A stretch of DNA of 62,770 bases, filler included, from Phoronis australis (Eukaryota > Animalia > Phoronida), in NCBI GenBank assembly GCA_002633005.1. It is 12 parts of 12 records of this genome, joined end to end, with 100 filler letters (N's around TTAATTAATTAA, not from the genome) between each part and the next. Parts side by side here need not be neighbours in the genome. Positions count along the whole stretch, not along the records: positions 47,721 to 52,170 come from NMRA01000023.1; positions 52,271 to 55,107 come from NMRA01003390.1; positions 55,208 to 58,209 come from NMRA01003287.1; positions 58,310 to 60,520 come from NMRA01002018.1; positions 60,621 to 62,770 come from NMRA01003829.1; 7 more parts are not named here. The stretch is one strand, 5' to 3'. The translations under genes and the position numbers were made by a program. The notes beneath the pieces are model-generated. The model saw only the letters and a list, made by a program, of their open reading frames with translations, made no database searches and was not told where the DNA came from. Shown here piece by piece: positions 50,166-62,770 of this stretch. Within the stretch, counting starts at the first letter, position 1. The number at the start of each line of letters is the position of its first letter.

Positions 50166-51065
50166 TAACAAGAGCAACGCAGAGCCTTGAAATGCACCCA
50201 CGAATGCACCGCAAATGGTGTGCTTCTAGAGTTGTTTATTTGTATCATAAAAATGACCACTAGATGGTGCAAAACATCCAATCCAACTCCAAATGGAACA
50301 TGACATTGCTTTTTCAACAGAACGCTGTTTACTAAATTTCATAAAAATCTGACAAAGAACTTCAGAGAAACAAAGGAAAACAGAAAAAATTAAACTGCCA
50401 CTAGGGGGCAAAGAGTCCGCCTGAAAGTCGTCATCGATTATTAGCTTCCTATAAATACACTTACTAAATTTGATAAAGATTCAGCAGTGGCTTTAGGAGA
50501 TACAGCTATGGGCACAAAACAAAACAAAACCACCACTTTTCCATATCAAATGTAGTCGACGTCGTCATCCTCAACTGTCCTCTTCACACTGAGAATATAT
50601 ACACCAATTTTCAAAATCGGCCTTAGAATGGTTTGGTTGCCAAAAAACAGACTCGAAAACAGTAAAAATGGCCATTAGATAATTGTAAAAAAATAAAATT
50701 GCCACTAGGAAGCACACTGGTGAAAAAATCTGTGCGAAAGATATCATCGTTGTCCATTGTCAACATAATATAAATGCACTTGCTAAATTTAGTAAAGATC
50801 CTGCAAACGGTCTAGGAGATACAGCCATGGACGCAAAAAAAACTGCCACTAGGAGGTGCCACAGTAGTCGAACGCATCGGAAAATCATCGTCAGCCATCC
50901 TCTTCATAATAAGAACATACATGCTAATTTTCAGTCATCCTTAGAGCGCTTTGGTTGATAGAGGGGTGGACGCCAACTGAAGAAGCAGACTCGAAAACAG
51001 TAAAAACGGCCACTGGGTGGCGCAAAGTACCTCGACCACATATAAATATCTGGGCGCATAAAAAA
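50166..51065 (+). mobile_element. Non-autonomous Helentron-like (HINE-type) element with diverged ~150-bp internal modules
   Basis: Begins taacaagag...aatgcaccc; recurrent ccactag(a/g).gg, ctaaattt..taaagat and cagactcgaaaacagtaaaaa modules. Confidence 0.5.
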
Positions 51066-52099
51066 TAGCATATATTTCTTGATTAGCTGTTTGCGGAAAG
51101 CAGACAGAGTTTTAGTTATATAATTCCGATTTGTTAAGACTTCCAGAACTCATACTTGTTAAGGAAATAAAATAATTAATTAAATACATCACTGTGCTAA
51201 TTATCTACGTGACTAATTCAACCACAGAGTCACCACTTTGCACAAAATAAAAAATCACCTGCATGCAGTAGGCAATAAATCTTCAGTCAGAGTAGAGAAG
51301 CTTAACATTTTGAAAAAACGTTAAAAATTACCGCTTTTTGTTGCTTAAAAAGCAGGCTGTTATACACAGTAAGATTCTCAGCTAAAACACTCAGCTATAC
51401 CTAAGGAATGGTGCAAATCATTTGTTTTTCATTGAGACAACAAAATATCGAGCGATTTCAAACCTTCAGTACATTACTAGTTAGTACGGTGAATGTACAC
51501 TTATTAAACACAAAAATAATTGCTCAAATTGTTGGTTTTCAACAAGGCCAATGTAACAACGGGTTTTCCTACCTCCAGGAAAAAGGAGATTTCTATTCAG
51601 TAACGTGCTACTAAACAGAGCAGTAATTGTAAAACTGATTGTGCCGACACCTATTGCCTGACAATGAAACAACGTCAAAGGTCTTTCTGCCAAATCATTG
51701 GGTTGGGAAGGGCAATTGGAGGTGCAAAATGAATGTTTTGTGCTTAACATGTGTTGAGAATTTGTTTGATACAGGCGTATAAAATCCAGTTCAAAAGTAA
51801 AGGGCAGTAGTTTTCAAAACATAGTCTCACTACAGCTTAATAAGATATATGATGTCACAGAAAATTTACTTATAAATAGTGAACTTCAGCACGTTTACAT
51901 CAAGGCGGCATATAAGAAAGTGGGCAATTACCAGTCTAAAGCCACAAAACCTGGAATATCCTAAAAATGAAAAAATAGACTATTACTTAATAGTTAGTAA
52001 TAGTGAATAGTATAAATAGAAAAACAAATAATGAAGAAAATTTTGACAGAAAGTAGATTAGGTGATAGGGGGAAACAGACGTGATATAGCATATGTCAC

Positions 52100-52170
52100 A
52101 AAGGGTGTGTGCATGTCAGGGTGTATCAAGGTGTGTGTGTGTGCCAGGGTGTATCAAGGGGTGTGTGTGT
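52100..52170. repeat. GT-rich simple repeat at scaffold end
   Basis: (GT)n interspersed with cagggtgtatcaagg. Confidence 0.8.
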
Positions 52171-52880
52171 NNNNNNNNNNNNNNNNNNNNNNNNNNNNNN
52201 NNNNNNNNNNNNNNTTAATTAATTAANNNNNNNNNNNNNNNNNNNNNNNNNNNNNNNNNNNNNNNNNNNNATTAACAGAAGTTTAAAGCTGCCACTATAA
52301 ACCATCATCTGGTGACAAAAACAAATGTCATCACAGATTAACTTACAGTTTCAAAGCAGCATTCTTATCTTTTGTTGGAATTGAAAGGTTTTCAATGTTT
52401 GGATTTCCCAAAAGGCAAATTGATTCAACTGCTGAAACCCGTGACGAGTGACTTACATGTAACATTAAGTAAGACCCCAGAAAAATGTCCAAATTTGGCC
52501 AATTTTGGAACACCATACTTTAGAAATGAGTGATCATATTCATATGAAACTTTCAGACACTATGCTCTATACACTGTTCTTTAATACGCTGTTAGAAATG
52601 GTTTTGAAAATGTTCTACTTTTGATAGAGGGACTATCAAAATTAGAACTTTTATCAATTTCATGAAAACAGGTCAGAAGTTGAAAAAAAATGAAAACAAA
52701 ATGACAGAATCTAGAAAACCATAACGGTGTTTTTGAGATTGCACCTTGAATTTTTATATCAAATGAAATTTTATCATATTAATGATACTGTTGCTTTGCT
52801 CTCGATGTACGTTTAAAATCAATCAAAATTTTTAATTAAAATCAATAATGCTTGGCTAAATACACACTCAACAGACATGG

Positions 52881-53608
52881 ATAATGTGATACATAATGTT
52901 ATTGAGCATGGTTTAAAGCAATAATGTGATACATAATGTTATTGAGCATGGTTTGAATCAATAATGTGATACACAATGTTATTGAGCATGGTTTGAAGCA
53001 ATAATTGATACATAATGTTATTGAGCATGGTTTGAAGCAATAATGTGATACATAATGTTATTGAGCATGGTTTGAAGCAATAATTGATACATAATGTTAT
53101 TGAGCATGGTATGAAGCAATAATGTGATACATAATGTTATTGAGCATGGTTTGAAGCAATAATGTGATACATAATGTTATTGAGCATAGTTTGAAGCAAT
53201 AATGTGATACATAATGTTATTGAGCATGGTTTGAATCAATAATGTGATACATAATATTATTGAGCATGGTTTGAAGCAATAATGTGATACATAATGTTAT
53301 TGAGCATGGTTTGAAGCATTAATGTGATACATAATGTTATTGAGCAGGGTTTGAAGCAATAATGTGATACATAATTTATTGAGCATGGTTTGAAGCAGTG
53401 ATAACCTGTTAGTTATTGAGCATGGTTTGAAGCAGTGATAACCGGTCAGTTATTGAGCATGGTTTGAAGCAGTGATAACCTGTTAGTAATTACCAGTTAT
53501 TGAGCATGGTTTGAAGCAATAATGACCTGTCAGTTATTGAGCATGGTTTGAAGCAATAATGACCTGTCAGTTATTGAGCATGGTTTGAAGCAGTAATGAC
53601 CTGTCAGT
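52881..53608. repeat. 40-bp minisatellite grading into a 37-bp variant
   Basis: ataatgtgatacataatgttattgagcatggtttgaagca, ~13 copies, then shorter variants sharing gttattgagcatggtttgaagca. Confidence 0.97.
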
Positions 53609-53819
53609 TCTTCTCACGTCTACTCTGATTAAGTATTTTTGTCCAATTACAAAGTAAGGGTACATAAAATAAACATTTTCTAGTTTCAGAAGTTAAATTT
53701 TTCTTTTGCAACACTTGAGTCTTTGAGACCTGTTTAATAATCATTACATAACAATAACTATGACCTGAATCCAAAGTTGTTTTCTCACAGAAGGGGCAAT
53801 GTACGTGTATTGCCACAGA

Positions 53820-54267
53820 GCAACGGCACAGTAGAAGTAATCTTGAGTTTAACCTTGCTATTTCCAATGTACGCCTCAAATATGTTGACAGTGAAAAGTT
53901 ATTAGGTGTTACTGTAGACAAGACCCTCAGCTGGTCTAGCCATATATGGTCTTCTCTGGCGTATATCACCATTTCGTCCCACAGAAGGGCATCTGCAATA
54001 TTTCAGTGCTTGTGTATTCCCTCTGTTTGTTTATTGTAGTACAGTGTGGTCAGGATGCAATGCAAAATTAGTTTCCTCTTTATTGAAGGCTCAGAAGCAG
54101 GCAGCCAGACTTGTTCTAGGTGTGCCTTTTGACACTCTGTTTAATAGACTGGTGTGGCTCCCTATTGACAAATATTTTATATACAGGCGTTTGTGTATGT
54201 GCTTTCACGGTAATGTACCGCCTTATTTATCTCGTAATCTTGTACTTGTTCGAAATAGCCACCAAAT
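53820..54267 (+). mobile_element. Decayed CR1/L2-group LINE ORF2 C-terminal region
   Basis: EKLLGVTVDKTLSWSSHI ... YCSTVWSGC...LLKAQKQAARLVLG...LFNRLVWLPI...NVPPYLS. Confidence 0.8.
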
Positions 54268-54269
54268 TA

Positions 54270-54480
54270 CCGTAATCGTTCGGGTTAACGCCCATGCTCA
54301 GTTAACCGCCCATCCCCGACTTTATGTGGATTTCGATTTAACCNCGATTTTTGAAGATTTCCAGTTAAGCGCCCACCTCTCGGTTAAGCGCCCATCCCCG
54401 ACTTTTAAAGAATGAAGATTACTGATTTAGCGTCTAGTGCTAAGGAAACGCGCGAGTCCCCGACTTTTAGAAAAAGATCG
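54270..54480 (+). mobile_element. Tc2/pogo-like DNA transposon end inserted at TA into the LINE
   Basis: TA|ccgtaatcgttcgggttaacgccca with repeated gttaa(g/c)cgccca and ccccgacttt motifs; same family as 12052-12314; internal extent unclear. Confidence 0.6.
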
Positions 54481-55207
54481 ATGATCACAATGAGTGCAAG
54501 GCCGCCGGGACTCCGAGACGGTGGTTTAGCAATGTGAATTACAATTCTAGTAACGAGTTATTGTCTTGGGTCATGGACTCACTTCAAAATATAATACTTG
54601 AACGTTTTTGTCACTTTATTTTCTTCCCATGTTTGCAAAGTTTAAGAACGGCGCCGGCGTCAAAACCTCCGCTTTCAGCGACTTTGTCTGCCGCGCTGAG
54701 TTTCCATCTGTAGTGCACGAGATAAAACATATATTCGAAAAAATCAGGCCAGAGAAATGTGACCATGGCTTTGCCAACCCTCCAAATTCTATTAAGGTGG
54801 GAAGCTCTCGTATTTTGAACAAATCGCACAACTCACGGAAAGATGTCAAATTCTCAATATTTTGATGAATGTAACTGCCGGGTTATAGAGGATGTGTGGC
54901 GACCAAAGGGACAGTACAAGTGCCTTACTTGGTTACCGATTTCGTTGCTGCATATCGATTTCTGAATTCAAAGGTTGACAATAATGTATGTTTGTGTATG
55001 ATCTTGAGGTAATAAAAAACTGCTAGTCAAGTTTTGTTTTTCGCGTATTGCATCTCAGTCAAACTGGCGTTAGCAGATTTAACTAATGTCGCTGGCTGTT
55101 TACTATTNNNNNNNNNNNNNNNNNNNNNNNNNNNNNNNNNNNNNNNNNNNNTTAATTAATTAANNNNNNNNNNNNNNNNNNNNNNNNNNNNNNNNNNNNN
55201 NNNNNNN

Positions 55208-57872
55208 CCACTGACTGGGTATCTAGCATCACCTATGTCCAAAAAGCAGATGGCAGTTTGCGTATATGCCTTGACCCGAAGGACCTGAACTTAGCTTTAA
55301 AACGGGGACAGCATTACATCCCTACCTTGGAAGAAACAACGCACAAATTCGCAGGCGCAACTGTGTTTTCCAAGCTCGACGCCAAATCCGGGTACTGGTC
55401 TGTCCAACTCGATGCAGAGAGCCAGCTCCTTACCACATTTAACAGCCCATTTGGCCGTTTTTGTTTCCAGCGACTTCCTTTTGGCTTGCGAACAAGTCAA
55501 GATCAGTTTCAAGCAGCCATGGACGAAATACTTGCAGGTCTACAGGGTGTCATATCTATAGCGGATGACATCACAGTATTTGGCAGCACTGATCATGAGC
55601 ACGACGACAATCTTCATGCGCTGATGCAGAGAGCTCGCAAGATGGGCCTTGTATTCAATCCCAACAAGTGCATGATAAAGGTACCCGAAATCTCTTTCTT
55701 TGGAAACATTTATTCTAAAAACGGCGTTCGACCAGACCCCAAGAAAGTGCAAGCAATCGTCGAACTCAAGGAATCTTCCAGCACCTCTGAATTACAGTCG
55801 TTTCTTGGAATGGTCACATACTTGGCACCATATGTTCCTAAGCTGAGCGACACATCAGGACCCCTACGACAGCTCCTAAAAAAAGACGCCGACTATCAGT
55901 GGTGCCCAGAACATCAACAGGCTTTCGACAAACTTAAATCCCTCATCCAACGTGCTAGTAGCCTCAGATACTTCAACCCCAAGGAACACACTACAATACA
56001 AGTTGATGCTTCACAAACGTCCTTGGGAGCTGCCCTTGTACAAAATGGTAAGCCAATAGCTTTTGCATCCAAAAGCCTAACGCCAACAGAGCAGCGATAT
56101 GCTAACATCGAGCGGGAATTGTTAGCGTGTGTGTTTGGTGCCGAACGGTTCCACACATACATATATGGAAGCCCGTTCACGTTGGAATCTGACCACAAGC
56201 CCCTTGAGGTGATCACAAAGAAGACCCTGTCTGCAGCCCCACCTCGTATCCAGCGTCTTCTTCTTCGGCTACAGAGGTATGACTATACCATTCAATATCG
56301 ACCAGGTAAAGAAATGGTATTAGCAGACAGCCTGTCACGTCTACCAAAGACATCCACAGATCGTGAAATCCAACTTGATCTAAAAGTTTGTTTTGTTCAG
56401 TTCTCATCCGAGAGACTGAATGAAATACGTTCCGAGACACAAAAAGATGTCCAACTTTCATTGTTGAGCGACTTCATAAGCACTGGTTTCCCAAGTACAA
56501 TGAGAGAACTCCCAGCAAGTCTCAGGCCATACTGGAGTTTCAGAGACGAACTGAGCATGGAAGACGGCCTCATCCTGAAAGGGAAACGCGTCATAATTCC
56601 AGCCACCCTTCAACAACTTTATCTGGCAAAGATACATGAAGGACATCAAGGAATTACACGGTGTCAACAGCTTGCCAAAGACACTGTTTTCTGGTGTGGG
56701 ATTTCCGACGATATAACCATCTTGGTGGGTAGTTGTGAAACTTGCCAACAATATCAGCGATCACAGTCGAAGGAGCCTTTCGAATCAATAAGCCAAGACG
56801 TACCAAATGTGCCGTGGCACACCCTCAGTGCTGACTTGTTCCACCTGGATGGCTGCGAATACTTGCTCATCGCTGACTATTCAACACGCTATCCTGTTCT
56901 CCACAAGCTTGCATCCAACACGTCAAGCCATACCATCAGCAAACTGATGATCGAAACCCTTGGAATGTTTGGAATTCCAAATTCCATCATCACTGACAAT
57001 GGCCCCCAGTTTATAGGCAAACCATTTAAAGAGCTCATGGCCAGATATGGGATCACCCACGTTACGTCATCCCCACATCATCCACGTTCCCATGGGTTCA
57101 TTGAAAGGATGGTGGGCGTGGTGAAAGCGCTGTTAAGAAAATCACCAAACGACATCGACAATACCCTTCTTCAGTATCGAACAACTCCCCAAGGTGCAAA
57201 CACTCCATCACCTGCTGAACTACTTTTTGGACGCAAACTTGGCGGAAGCCTCCCCAAGTACACCAACCCAAACAGCCCAAGACCTCCAGCGGCTACCATT
57301 GGTGGGCGAGAACTTCCAGAACTGTCAACAAACCAACTCATCTACTATCAAGACGTAGCGAAAAAGGATTGGATTCCTGGCATCATAACTGGCACTGGCC
57401 CAGAGCCAAGATCATATTCTGTCCAATGTAGTCGAACAGGTCGTTTCTTGCGTAGAAATCGTTGCCATATAAGACCACGCCACAACATATCCAGAGTAGA
57501 GAACCCCACAACCAAGATCATTGAGCCCTGTCCAGCCGCACCTGACAGAGCTCAATCTCCACCAACTNTAGTCGAACAGGTCGCTTCTTGCGTAGAAATC
57601 GTTGCCATATAAGACCACGCCACAACATACCCAGAGTAGAGAACTCCACAACCAAGATCATTGAGCCCTGTCCAGCCGCACCTGACAGAGCTCAATCTCC
57701 ACCAACTGCACCAAATCATCCCGTATCTACAGACAAACCTGATATCAACAAAGAAGATCAGCCTGAGTCTCAGCCTCATCCTTCAAGCAAAATTAATCCA
57801 CCTGATCAACCAGGAGTCTACGTGACACGATCTGGTCGTGCCAGTCGACCACCTACCAAACTGGATTGTTAG
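55208..57872 (+). CDS. pol: Ty3/Gypsy pol (RT-RNase H-integrase), Mag/K02A2.6-like, 5'-truncated
   Basis: RT LRICLDPKDLN, KLDAKSGYW, RLPFG, IADD; RNase H VDAS...IERELLA, SDHKPL, LADSLSR; integrase HEGH..CETC, TDNGPQF, GFIERMV; C-terminal LRRNR and TRSGR..RPP. Confidence 0.95.
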
Positions 57873-58122
57873 ATTTACATATTTAGCTATTTAGTACATC
57901 ATACAATAAGGCAGAATAATCCTTGTATGATTGTAGAGGCAGTGGTAGTCCACCCACTGTCCAGGCAGTTAGCTGTTTGTAGATAGTGCCTAAGTGTATA
58001 ACCATTAGTTAGTCATGATATATTTTAACCGATCAACAAAGTTATCCGTTGCTGTAAACTTCTTTATCTAGTGGACTATTTTCACGTGATATCCAACCGA
58101 CGACTATTGTCAAAGTTTTTAC

Positions 58123-58209
58123 AGAAAGGGGGATGTCATAATATTGCAGTATCCTCTAGGACTCTACCAGTATCTATGGACTATAATGATATACTCTATG
58201 TTCAAATCA
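58123..58209 (+). mobile_element. Polypurine tract and start of the Gypsy 3' LTR
   Basis: Purine run agaaagg...ga (58123-58133) directly followed by TGT at 58134; cut by the scaffold end. Confidence 0.8.
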
Positions 58210-58939
58210 NNNNNNNNNNNNNNNNNNNNNNNNNNNNNNNNNNNNNNNNNNNNTTAATTAATTAANNNNNNNNNNNNNNNNNNNNNNNNNNNNNNNNNNN
58301 NNNNNNNNNAGTGCTGGGCCTTGCACTATGTTTGATTTTTAACCAGCTTTACTTTGGCTCCGTCTCATTCGGCTGTTGCTGTTCACTATCTACACTACTT
58401 TGAACGCGCGATATCCTACGGACAGACTTAGCTGTGGCCTATTGTGAATGGGGGCCTAAACAAAAAATATTTCTCATCACGTCAAGTATAAAATCGGGAC
58501 ACGTCGCCGGAGATTTTAGCCACTAACAAGGGCATTTGCAAAGGCCAGGACGTTTTAAAAATAAAAACGTTTCGTAAACACGCAAGTTGATGTCAGGCGT
58601 GCAAGTTCAATGTCACAGTCCGAAGTCGAACAACACGGTCTAATTAAACCAGAGCACATGTTACGCTATAACGAAAAACTGCATCATTCGGTGTATTTCC
58701 CATTTGTATTTTCATCAGAAATTTTCGTCATGCGGGACTCGGTGACTCTTTCCATAGCTAACGCGCCAAACACAAGCTAAACGCAAGACAATCGAGTAAC
58801 GGTCATGACATCGTCAAGACAAGGTAAAAATTACAAAGCCCGTTACACCAATTCTCAGATTCAAGCCTTATAGAGTAGTAATAATCCGTTGAACGCTTTA
58901 GTGACACGGGAGTTGCGTCGATCCCAAATTAGCGTTTCT

Positions 58940-59128
58940 AAAATTTTCCTTGTCCGAAAGTCGCGGGGCAAAAATCCGACGTTTATGACATTGTCCGAAG
59001 TTCGAAGATCATTAAAAAACAATTTTTGGACCTTGTACGAATTTCGTGGACTATGAAAAACTCATTTCGGAAATATTTATTCTTGGTCGAAAATGGCGGG
59101 CCGTCCGAAAATCACGCGACTTTACCGG
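58940..59128. mobile_element. Tc1/mariner-like transposon end; same terminus at ~14455-14481
   Basis: gtccgaaaatcacgcgactttaccg occurs at both places; repeated gtccgaa subterminal motifs. Confidence 0.5.
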
Positions 59129-59299
59129 AGTGACCAAAATGCCAGTCAATGGACCACATGAATGCATATATTTTACAAGTTCAGCACTAGATGAAAATGC
59201 AAATGGCGGAGTGACAAGTGAACAGTAAAATGCTGTATCTACGAGTGACTAAGGGCTTTTGAAGGGCATGGGTTTCGATTAGACCGTGCCAACGTCTGG

Positions 59300-59565
59300 A
59301 CTGGCTCCAGTAGAGACGGTGAAGCTCCTATAGGGATACCTTAGGAGGTCGCTGATGTCTTGAATTCCCTCCAACTCAAACAAATACTCCAGCAATCAAA
59401 CTTTTTTTGACCAGTTCCTCCTTTAATTGCCCAAATCGGCCATTTTCACATTTCACATGCCAGGACATTGACGGCCTCCAAAGGTGCCTATATGTGCAAA
59501 AAGTACTTATATAGCAATGTGACTTATGTTTTAACCATAGAAGCTTCACTATATCTACTAGGATC
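59300..59565. mobile_element. Short MITE of the 17085/42713 family with imperfect TIRs
   Basis: gtagagacggtgaagctcctatagg ... ccatagaagcttcactatatctac; internal ccaactcaaacaaatactcc core. Confidence 0.6.
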
Positions 59566-59574
59566 AGTCAGGAC

Positions 59575-59657
59575 CGTGACACTGTCTAAGGTTTTAGTGT
59601 GCAGACGAAGGCACTGTCTAGGGTTTTAGGGTGCAGACGGTGGCACTGTCTAGATTT
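59575..59657. repeat. ~31-bp tandem repeat (gtgcagacg..ggcactgtctag..tttta), ~3 copies
   Basis: Seen directly. Confidence 0.75.
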
Positions 59658-60292
59658 TAATGACAATAAGTTTGAGTCAGATTTTGGTTGGCCAGTTTTT
59701 TACCTACATCACCACAAAGATGTATATTGCACCAAGGCTAGCTGGCAACCAGCTTTGGTTCAAGCTAAATATAGTGTCCTTGAGCAAACTAAATTATTTA
59801 CCTGTGGTGGAAAAATTGGCATTCTACCACTGTTCTACCATTAAATTTTAACAGTGATAAAATTGTGGTGCGCTCTTTTGCGTCGGCTTTCGGTGCCATG
59901 AAATATTGCATCACCTATTGGCCATTTTTCCCAGATTCTTCAAACGACTGTTCATCTCTTCCACGAGCTGGCATACATGTTATAACAAGTTATCGTAACT
60001 GGTTTCATTTCGTTACAAGCATTTCGTATTTTAATACATGAGCAAACCGAATTTCAGAACAAATTTAGCTGCTGCGAAGCTGTCATCATCTGCCAAGAGA
60101 GGTTGCAAAATTTTAGGAAATAGCACATGTGTGCGTCACAAGCGTACTGTTTTCAAATGATGACAGATTTTTGTTGGTTATAAAGCCAGAAAATGATGTT
60201 TATTACATTGCCATTGTTTATCACTAACGGCTACAATGGGCAAGGTGAGTGTTGGTTGACTCCCAGATTTAGCACGCAACCTCATCGGTCAC

Positions 60293-60520
60293 ATAGGCGG
60301 ATTTAGAGGGAGGCCCAGGGGGCCCAGGCACCCCCCCTTGGCTGCCGGAAGCAAAATGAAACAACAGCAGCATGAAGTGTGAGGAGAAATTGAGTTCAGT
60401 AACCAGGACCGGTAGCGGACGAGGGAGCTCGGATGGAATCGTATTCCCGTTTTTTTTTTAAGTCCACCAATGGATTTCCTGAACAAAAGGTCCACATCCC
60501 CGGCCCCTGCCCCCCACAAA
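60293..60520 (+). mobile_element. MITE end beginning cataggcggatttag, truncated by scaffold end
   Basis: Reverse complement of the copy at ~61900-62104. Confidence 0.65.
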
Positions 60521-61899
60521 NNNNNNNNNNNNNNNNNNNNNNNNNNNNNNNNNNNNNNNNNNNNTTAATTAATTAANNNNNNNNNNNNNNNNNNNNNNNN
60601 NNNNNNNNNNNNNNNNNNNNTCAGGAGTCGCGTAGAGAAACGTATGAATACAAAAGTAGGCCCTAGAGGCTATAAATAGAGATGAGTAATGCAAAAAAAA
60701 CCCTAAGGACTAGTATCAAAATAAGGAGACAAGTGTCAAAATAATGACGATAAATGCATTTAACAAGTTAAATTTAATAAACTGATCATCTACAAAACTG
60801 CTTTTGCGTAAAGGTACATCGTCCTTTTCGTATTGTAAAGTAATAATTGTGCTGGCGTAAAATGAATAACGAAGCAAATCATTGTGGAACGTTTCGCCCA
60901 CAAGTCCAAGAGGTCTCCGAGAAGTTATCTTCTAAAAATTTCAGCTCGTCACGCGTGTGGGGAACATTTGTCTAGATTGGTTCAAATAAATTTCAATACA
61001 TTATCCAAGGACCTTTTTTATCCCGACATGAAATTCTCTGTAATATTTTAAAATCGTGACGCGGCATATTTATTGTTTACAAACAAGTCTGATACAGAGG
61101 TTCATGATGAACAGATTTAAGAATAAAACAAGGTTTACATAAATTTCTTACTTACTAATATATCCCTTATTTTGTTTTACTGTACATGTAGATGTACTCA
61201 TTAAGGACAGAACGCCATTGTGTGAAGCTGCGCCTTCCAAATTTAGGGTCAATCGTATATTTATGAAAAATTGAATTAAAGGCTAATGATCAAGGATTGA
61301 ATAATGTTCAAGTTTGTTTATAGACAGATCTCAATTGAAAATATATAAATGAATGAAAAGTACGACGAATTTTTAAAAATATACAAAAACATTAAGTTTA
61401 AAACATGCTTCTGTAGGTTGGGCGCCGGCTCCAAGGAGTGCAATACTTGAATAAAAATAGTTTTGGGAAACTTTTTATTTCAACAATGACTCTGAACACA
61501 CGGGTCTACGGAAAACAGTTTACAGTTTACATTGTGAAAAAAATGTACATGGTACCGCGTTTGGCGAAGTGGATGCCGTAAAAGCCTCGTGTTTTCGAAA
61601 CCTATATTTCAAGACACCTCAGCTAGGCGTCAGGCGTAAGAGAGAATCAATTTATTAATCTTTAAAGCTTTTTAAAGTATTTTAAAAATGATTCTCAACT
61701 GCAAATACAGTTTTTATGCTTTGACCCTCTCGTCAACCTTGTTTCCAGTTAGAAAATTTGGTCCTTCGCAGTAGTCTGTCCAACAAGCGGGCTGACAACA
61801 GTGGCGGGTCTAGGATAACATAACGGGGGGACCAACATGTTGCCTCGGGGAATTGGGCAAAGCGCGATTGTATGCACAAGCGGCTAGAAAGTTGCGGGG

Positions 61900-62104
61900 G
61901 CCAAGGATGTGCACTACCTGTTCACGAAGTCTATCGGTGGACTAAAGAAAAAAAAAACACGGTCTGAGCCCCCCCCCCATCCCATACCACTCCTACTTCT
62001 TACTGCCCTCAATATTTCTTCACGCTTTGCCTTGTTGCTCTTTCATTTTCCTTGCGGGAGGAGAGGGGCCAGGCCCCCTGCCCCGCCCCCTAAATCCGCC
62101 TATG
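61900..62104 (-). mobile_element. MITE end of the same family
   Basis: Ends ccccctaaatccgcctatg; aligns with 60293-60500. Confidence 0.65.
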
Positions 62105-62770
62105 GACAAAGATGATCAGTCTCTACCTAGGGCTGGGGGTTTTGGGTACGGAAAAATATACCAGGATTTCTTCATTTGAACAAAACTGCCTTTTTGTTGC
62201 TAACACATCCAGGCTAACCTGTGTTTGTAGGACGAGCAGAAGTAACACCTAGCCAAGTGACTACCAGACTTGACGTTCACACCAAGGTCGGGGTGACTCA
62301 GTGGACAAAACAAAAGGAGGTAGATGTACACGTACTTCGATACTTTTGCTCATACATCTGATTGCTGTGCGCAGAATAAAATTAAAGTTTAGAATATGAT
62401 CATACAGCAAATTGCCTTAGCCACTTTCTGACAATATCTCATAAATGGAGTTCTATAATTTAGGAAGCTTGCGTGTAATGTGGTACACTGTATATTTTGG
62501 CTCCCTTGCCACCCTCCCCCCCGCCCCCAAATCTGCCACTGCAAACTCTCCAAGCCCAGAAAATTACAACCTCAGTGAGGAGCTACTTGTAATTAGTTTT
62601 ATAACCGTAAGTAGCTTGAATGCAAACTATTATGATAGGAACCGGGCTTCTAACAATCATATAGCCAGAAGCAACACTACATGTATAGCAGAACTAGGAT
62701 ATCATATTTCCGGTGTACAAGTCTGCGGAATAACGGAACGCCGCCGCCGTTTTTTTTTTTTTTTTTTTTT

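Noticed and set aside
52881-53608. CRISPR array
   Set aside because: Linkers are related rather than unique, there are no cas genes, and the context is eukaryotic.
60293-62104. One large element with cataggcggattta TIRs
   Set aside because: The two ends lie on different scaffolds separated by a linker.

Overview
Animal (invertebrate-type) nuclear DNA, AT-rich with GT-AG introns; the species cannot be determined from the sequence. The window is not one locus. It is 12 short scaffolds joined by an artificial 100-bp linker (N44-TTAATTAATTAA-N44), so neighbourhoods across linkers are meaningless. Host gene fragments: a ShKT-domain gene with a Thr-rich stalk and probable GPI signal, the last two exons of a nicotinic acetylcholine receptor subunit, one ABCC (MRP4-like) exon, an intronless ~780-aa acidic repeat protein of unrecognised family, the first coding exon of a PP2A B'' subunit, and two exons of wntless. 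The rest is mostly mobile DNA: a Gypsy pol with PPT and 3' LTR start, a BEL/Pao 5' LTR plus gag and a solo LTR of the same family in wntless introns, decayed LINEs, MITEs and minisatellites. The most unusual object is a complete 578-bp miniature LTR retrotransposon (17273-17850) whose LTRs each contain a tRNA-derived Pol III promoter, with a tRNA-Ser PBS, a PPT and a 4-bp TSD. All protein calls come from motif recognition by eye, not database searches.
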